Assembly (NCBI GenBank): GCA_002633005.1
Contig: NMRA01000712.1
Coordinates: forward strand, 1-64,000
Source: Phoronis australis
Taxonomy: Eukaryota; Animalia; Phoronida
Length of the DNA stretch: 64,000 nucleotides
Direction: 5' to 3'
The notes below the pieces were generated by a model, which ran no database searches, was not told where the DNA came from, and worked only from the letters and a program-made list of their open reading frames with translations. Each line of letters opens with the position of its first letter. Position 1 is the stretch's first letter. Shown piece by piece: positions 60,118 through 64,000 of this stretch. The position numbers and the translations under genes were made by a program.

Positions 60118-60350
60118 GCAGTGGCAGATCTATGTTTTCAGTAAGGGGGAGGGGGTTAGGATTCGTGCGAATCCGAGGCGCGTAGCACCGAGCGGAGGGA
60201 AGGTAGGGAGGGGGTTTCTTACAACCCTATTACGATTTTTTGTTTTTAGTAGTTGATTTCGTTTTCCTGGCCACATTTTGTGAATTTATACTTTTGATCA
60301 TGTCCTGCCAGGAGTAGAGAGAACCTGCCTGTACTGATATCAGGCCACAA
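60118..60350. mobile_element. MITE-like remnant
   Basis: CAGTGGCAGATCT start with G-rich subterminal blocks; weak matching end GATATCAGGCCAC. Confidence 0.4.
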
Positions 60351-61702
60351 TTACACAATCATACCGACGGGTAAATTTTTAACTGTTTTATAGTAGAATT
60401 ATACATAGATTTTCCTGTAACAATAAGTTTTTAGGAGGTTATAAAATATAATACGGATGTTTATAGAGACACAGCGAAATCAATTAACTATTCCGACAAA
60501 GTTAATAAGTCTATCGATATATACAGTAGGCCTACAGTAACTCTGCTTTCACGACCTTCCACAAAGATAACCCTATCGACAGAATTTTGGAGTGGAGAAA
60601 AATCCATTGTTGTCCTTTTGCAGCAACATGGTGACGAATACGGACAACAAAAATAATATCTTGCTCTTCTTTGTGTCCGTAATGATAACGAATACAACTA
60701 TGTACAGTGTTCCCCCAAGGCGATCATTGAGAGCTTTTGACCACGGGGAGTAATTGCGCGCACTGTTCTAACGATTTCTTGAATCCGCAAGTTGATGAGG
60801 GAAGATTTTCAAATTGGTTAAACGAGTTATTTAAACTTCATGCGCATTGGGACTCGGATGATTTTTTAGTCCAAAACTTAAGTTAAAATGTCAATGCCCT
60901 CTTATCGAACCACACTTGCGTACAATCTACAGCTCGTTTATTTCACTGGGAATACGTTTCGAACGATTTCACGGTTGAGAGGCGACCACATCTTAGATGC
61001 CTGTATATTTAATAAGCTTCGTTTTCTCAAGCTGCCTAATCCTTAATCATACAAAGTGGAGATGACCCAAAATTAAAACAACGACTTCGCTTGTATGAAT
61101 AGCGTCAATGTAAACGTCACCGGGATCAGCTCATCAGTGAAATTCCCAGCGGGACAAGTCGTATCCTAGATTAAACGACCAAACCGATGTTATGATCACG
61201 CTGCCGAGCGTCAGTTACTATGAACATGACGGCTGTCGTGATTAGAGTAATTTGTCTGGCGCGAACTGAGCACCAATAAGCAATGGTCGATATCGTCAGA
61301 GAACGAATTATTGCGGACCTGGCTCATGTCATGAATAATTGACTCCTAACTGCTTTGATCTGAACTGGTGGATTAATAGATCGGAAATAGTCCTGGTACA
61401 TAAGCTGCAGTCTTCGCTTTCTACCATCAGTCCCGGTACTCTTACCAAGTACTGTTCCCCGCTGTCTGTGGGTAAACGACAACGTCTTTTGTTCAGCATA
61501 GAAAAGCTTTTAGGACTTTTGTACTACGTTGTGTTTTATAAAGGCGGATGTTTTTAATCAAGTATAAAACCACAGTGTGAGACCCGTCGGGTTCGTTGGG
61601 ATTACATGGACCAAAATGAACCAACGTTCTCATACGGATCCGATGTGACGATTAAATTTGTGATCAAAGTGGTTTTCGTGTCGTATCAGTGATAACTTTG
61701 AG

Positions 61703-61727
61703 ATGTTTATTACGGTTAAATTCGGAG
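61703..61727 (+). CDS. Probable first coding exon of a C22orf15/CXorf65-family protein (MFITVKFG); rest of gene presumably beyond the window
   Basis: ATG TTT ATT ACG GTT AAA TTC GGA G|GTAAGT: 25 coding nt with a consensus donor. MFIxVxFG is the N-terminus I recall for this family. TATA-like GTATAAAA at 61562. Confidence 0.5.
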
Positions 61728-64000
61728 GTAAGTCACTACTGAAATGTGATCATTAATCACCAAGACCTTCTGCTTGTATATGTGGGCTTCATGAGACCCT
61801 AGTCAAAATGTACATAAATGTTTAACATCGATCTCCAGTTGATTTTACTAACATTTATTACTTTTTATTCCCCCGTTGCGACAAGCTTTAAGATCCGTCG
61901 CCACGGTACGGGAAAAGTCGTGTTTCAGTAGTGCGGAAATTATCATGCTAAAGAACACTGCCGACTGTTTCCATTTCTCATGAAAAACGTCCCCAATATC
62001 CAAAGTTATAGAATGGTCAATGAAGCGAAAGACATTTTTTTACGTGATCATAGCTTAAATTTGATTATGTCATGTAGACGACGTGCCTGATTGTGTGTGA
62101 ATGGACTTCCCGTGTAAATAAACAGTTCATTCCGGTATTAAATAAACCAACCACTAAAGCAGTGTAAACAAATGCTCAGTTCTATGAGCAAAAAAAAAAC
62201 CGTTGTCTGTTCATAAATTTTATACTATACGCTCAAAAACAATCCTTATTGAAAATACTTGTTTATGAACTGAGTGTCTCTTCAGGGCTTCCTAAAAGCT
62301 GGTTTGTAAAACTGTCTCTATGTTTACACCTCGCTGCGTCCCTCATTAAATATCTTAGTCATTCACCGTACATAATACTACCTGTCAAACTCACAAAGGG
62401 ACATTGTTGAATGTCTACCATGGAAGTGAGAAGGGGATACCAAGCGTTGGGCTTCTTTCAATGCAGGTTTTGTTGACCCATCCTAAAATATACCCAGCTG
62501 AGCTTTTCGTTTTGGCAAACGAGCTCAATGCATTGTCGTGCATTTGTAATCATTGGGGCGATGATGGGACTTTTTCAGGATGGCTGGAAACGCAAACAGG
62601 CCCCAGAAGTGTTTTATAAAGTGCACACGTGTCAAGAAAAGATAAGACCAATCTTTTGATATTGGAGTTTGATCGGCCATTTGAATGAGTTTGGCAAGAG
62701 ATATCAAACATTTTGTAATCTGTTTTCATTTTGACGACTGAACTATTGGATGTTGGCGTGTTGTGTGGTCGTACCTTCTGTTACCGCGGACGCTAAAATC
62801 TACTACGGTAACACAGACAAACCAGTATTCTTGTTCAGTAGTCACACACTACACCTTAACATTATACCTTCCCGATATAATGGCAGTTGGCTTTGAGGGA
62901 AGACAAACAAGAAATACGCTGGAATATTGATTCTTTTTAAGTGAAACATTATGGAAGATCAGAAGGCAATACAATTAACATAATTTCGAATCGAACTTAA
63001 TTGTATTCGAGTGGAAATACAATTTTAAACACACTGCCGTGTTATAGGCTGCAATTTTCTGTAACTGTTACACGAATTTCTTAATGTATGCGTCAGGAGT
63101 CATCAACTTGAAAGAGTAATATAACATATGTCGTTATGGTGACCAAGAAAATCTTATAGTGGCCGAGGGTAGTGTTGTCGAAAATCTGTACACGTATGAC
63201 AAATATAAAACAGTTAATCGTCAAAGCATTTCAAATTCCGAAGTTTGCAAACCCTGTCGCTGTAGACCCCAATCTATTTAGTCTTACATACAAATCTGGA
63301 TCTCCAGTCGATTATCGTCATAAAATTATTAACACTCCATCCACGCCCGGTTACACTGGAAGACATGTTTCCAAATACAAGTTCTAAGTAGTTAATAGGT
63401 GATGTGTAAACTACGCACAGAACTCTCCATTCATATAATCAAGACATTCCTAAAGGGAAAAAATCATTGACAATCAATAGTACATTAGTAGTGTATTTGG
63501 ATAAATCATAGATCATAATAGCTGAGCTGATCTACATTAATTTTTTGAGTGTCTATAAAGGAAAACTGGCTATCAACGTCCTCTGCTGTGCATTCCGTTA
63601 ACTCTATAAGTCAATTATCGTGTGCAAGGCTGATCAAAGTCTTGGGATTAAATACATAGCCTAAGTTTACGCCCAAGGTTAAGAAACTAATTTCTTGTAA
63701 AAAAAATTATAAACTTCTGTTTGAAAGGCCTGCATACTACACGGCGAGTTCACCAAAAGCTGGTTCAGCCACATGCTGATCTAAAGGTACCTTAACAGAG
63801 CGTTTAAAAAGACACTCCCTCTTCTAACATGAATTGGATTGTAGGTTTAGAAAATACATGTTTTAAGTAAACATACGTGAGTCTCAAGTTCGTTACCAAG
63901 AGATGAAAAGGAGACCGACATTGGGGGAAATAAGGCCAATTATTATGACATAAAAATGCAAAGAATAGGGTTGAAAATAAAATACAACATGTAAAAAACA

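Overview
Eukaryotic, intron-rich, roughly 37-40% GC genomic DNA by eye; it looks like a bilaterian invertebrate (inference). I reconstructed exons by hand from GT-AG signals and reading frame. (1) 5' part of DNA polymerase eta (POLH) on the minus strand: 7 coding exons, 1311-8177, continuing off the left edge. (2) Head-to-head with it, a ~40-kb ribosome-binding protein 1/kinectin-family gene (RRBP1-like) on the plus strand: ATG 12156 to stop 51799, about 27 core exons plus several candidate cassette/micro-exons, ~1300 aa if all are used. (3) Convergent with that, a complete RNA polymerase II subunit RPB9 gene (POLR2I) on the minus strand: 5 exons, 129 aa. (4) Probably the first coding exon of a C22orf15/CXorf65-family gene at 61703. 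Introns carry many MITE-like inverted-repeat elements, minisatellites and tRNA-derived SINE remnants. The most unusual structure is inside RRBP1. A block of six in-frame, phase-0 exons forming a degenerate ~52-aa coiled-coil repeat array is inserted in the middle of the conserved KNN|DLRxKN..AMEAL motif. It is followed by a run of symmetric cassette and micro-exons, one encoding a LIR-like WDIV motif. Together these suggest a splice-tunable ER tether of variable length. Most entries in the ORF track are spurious.
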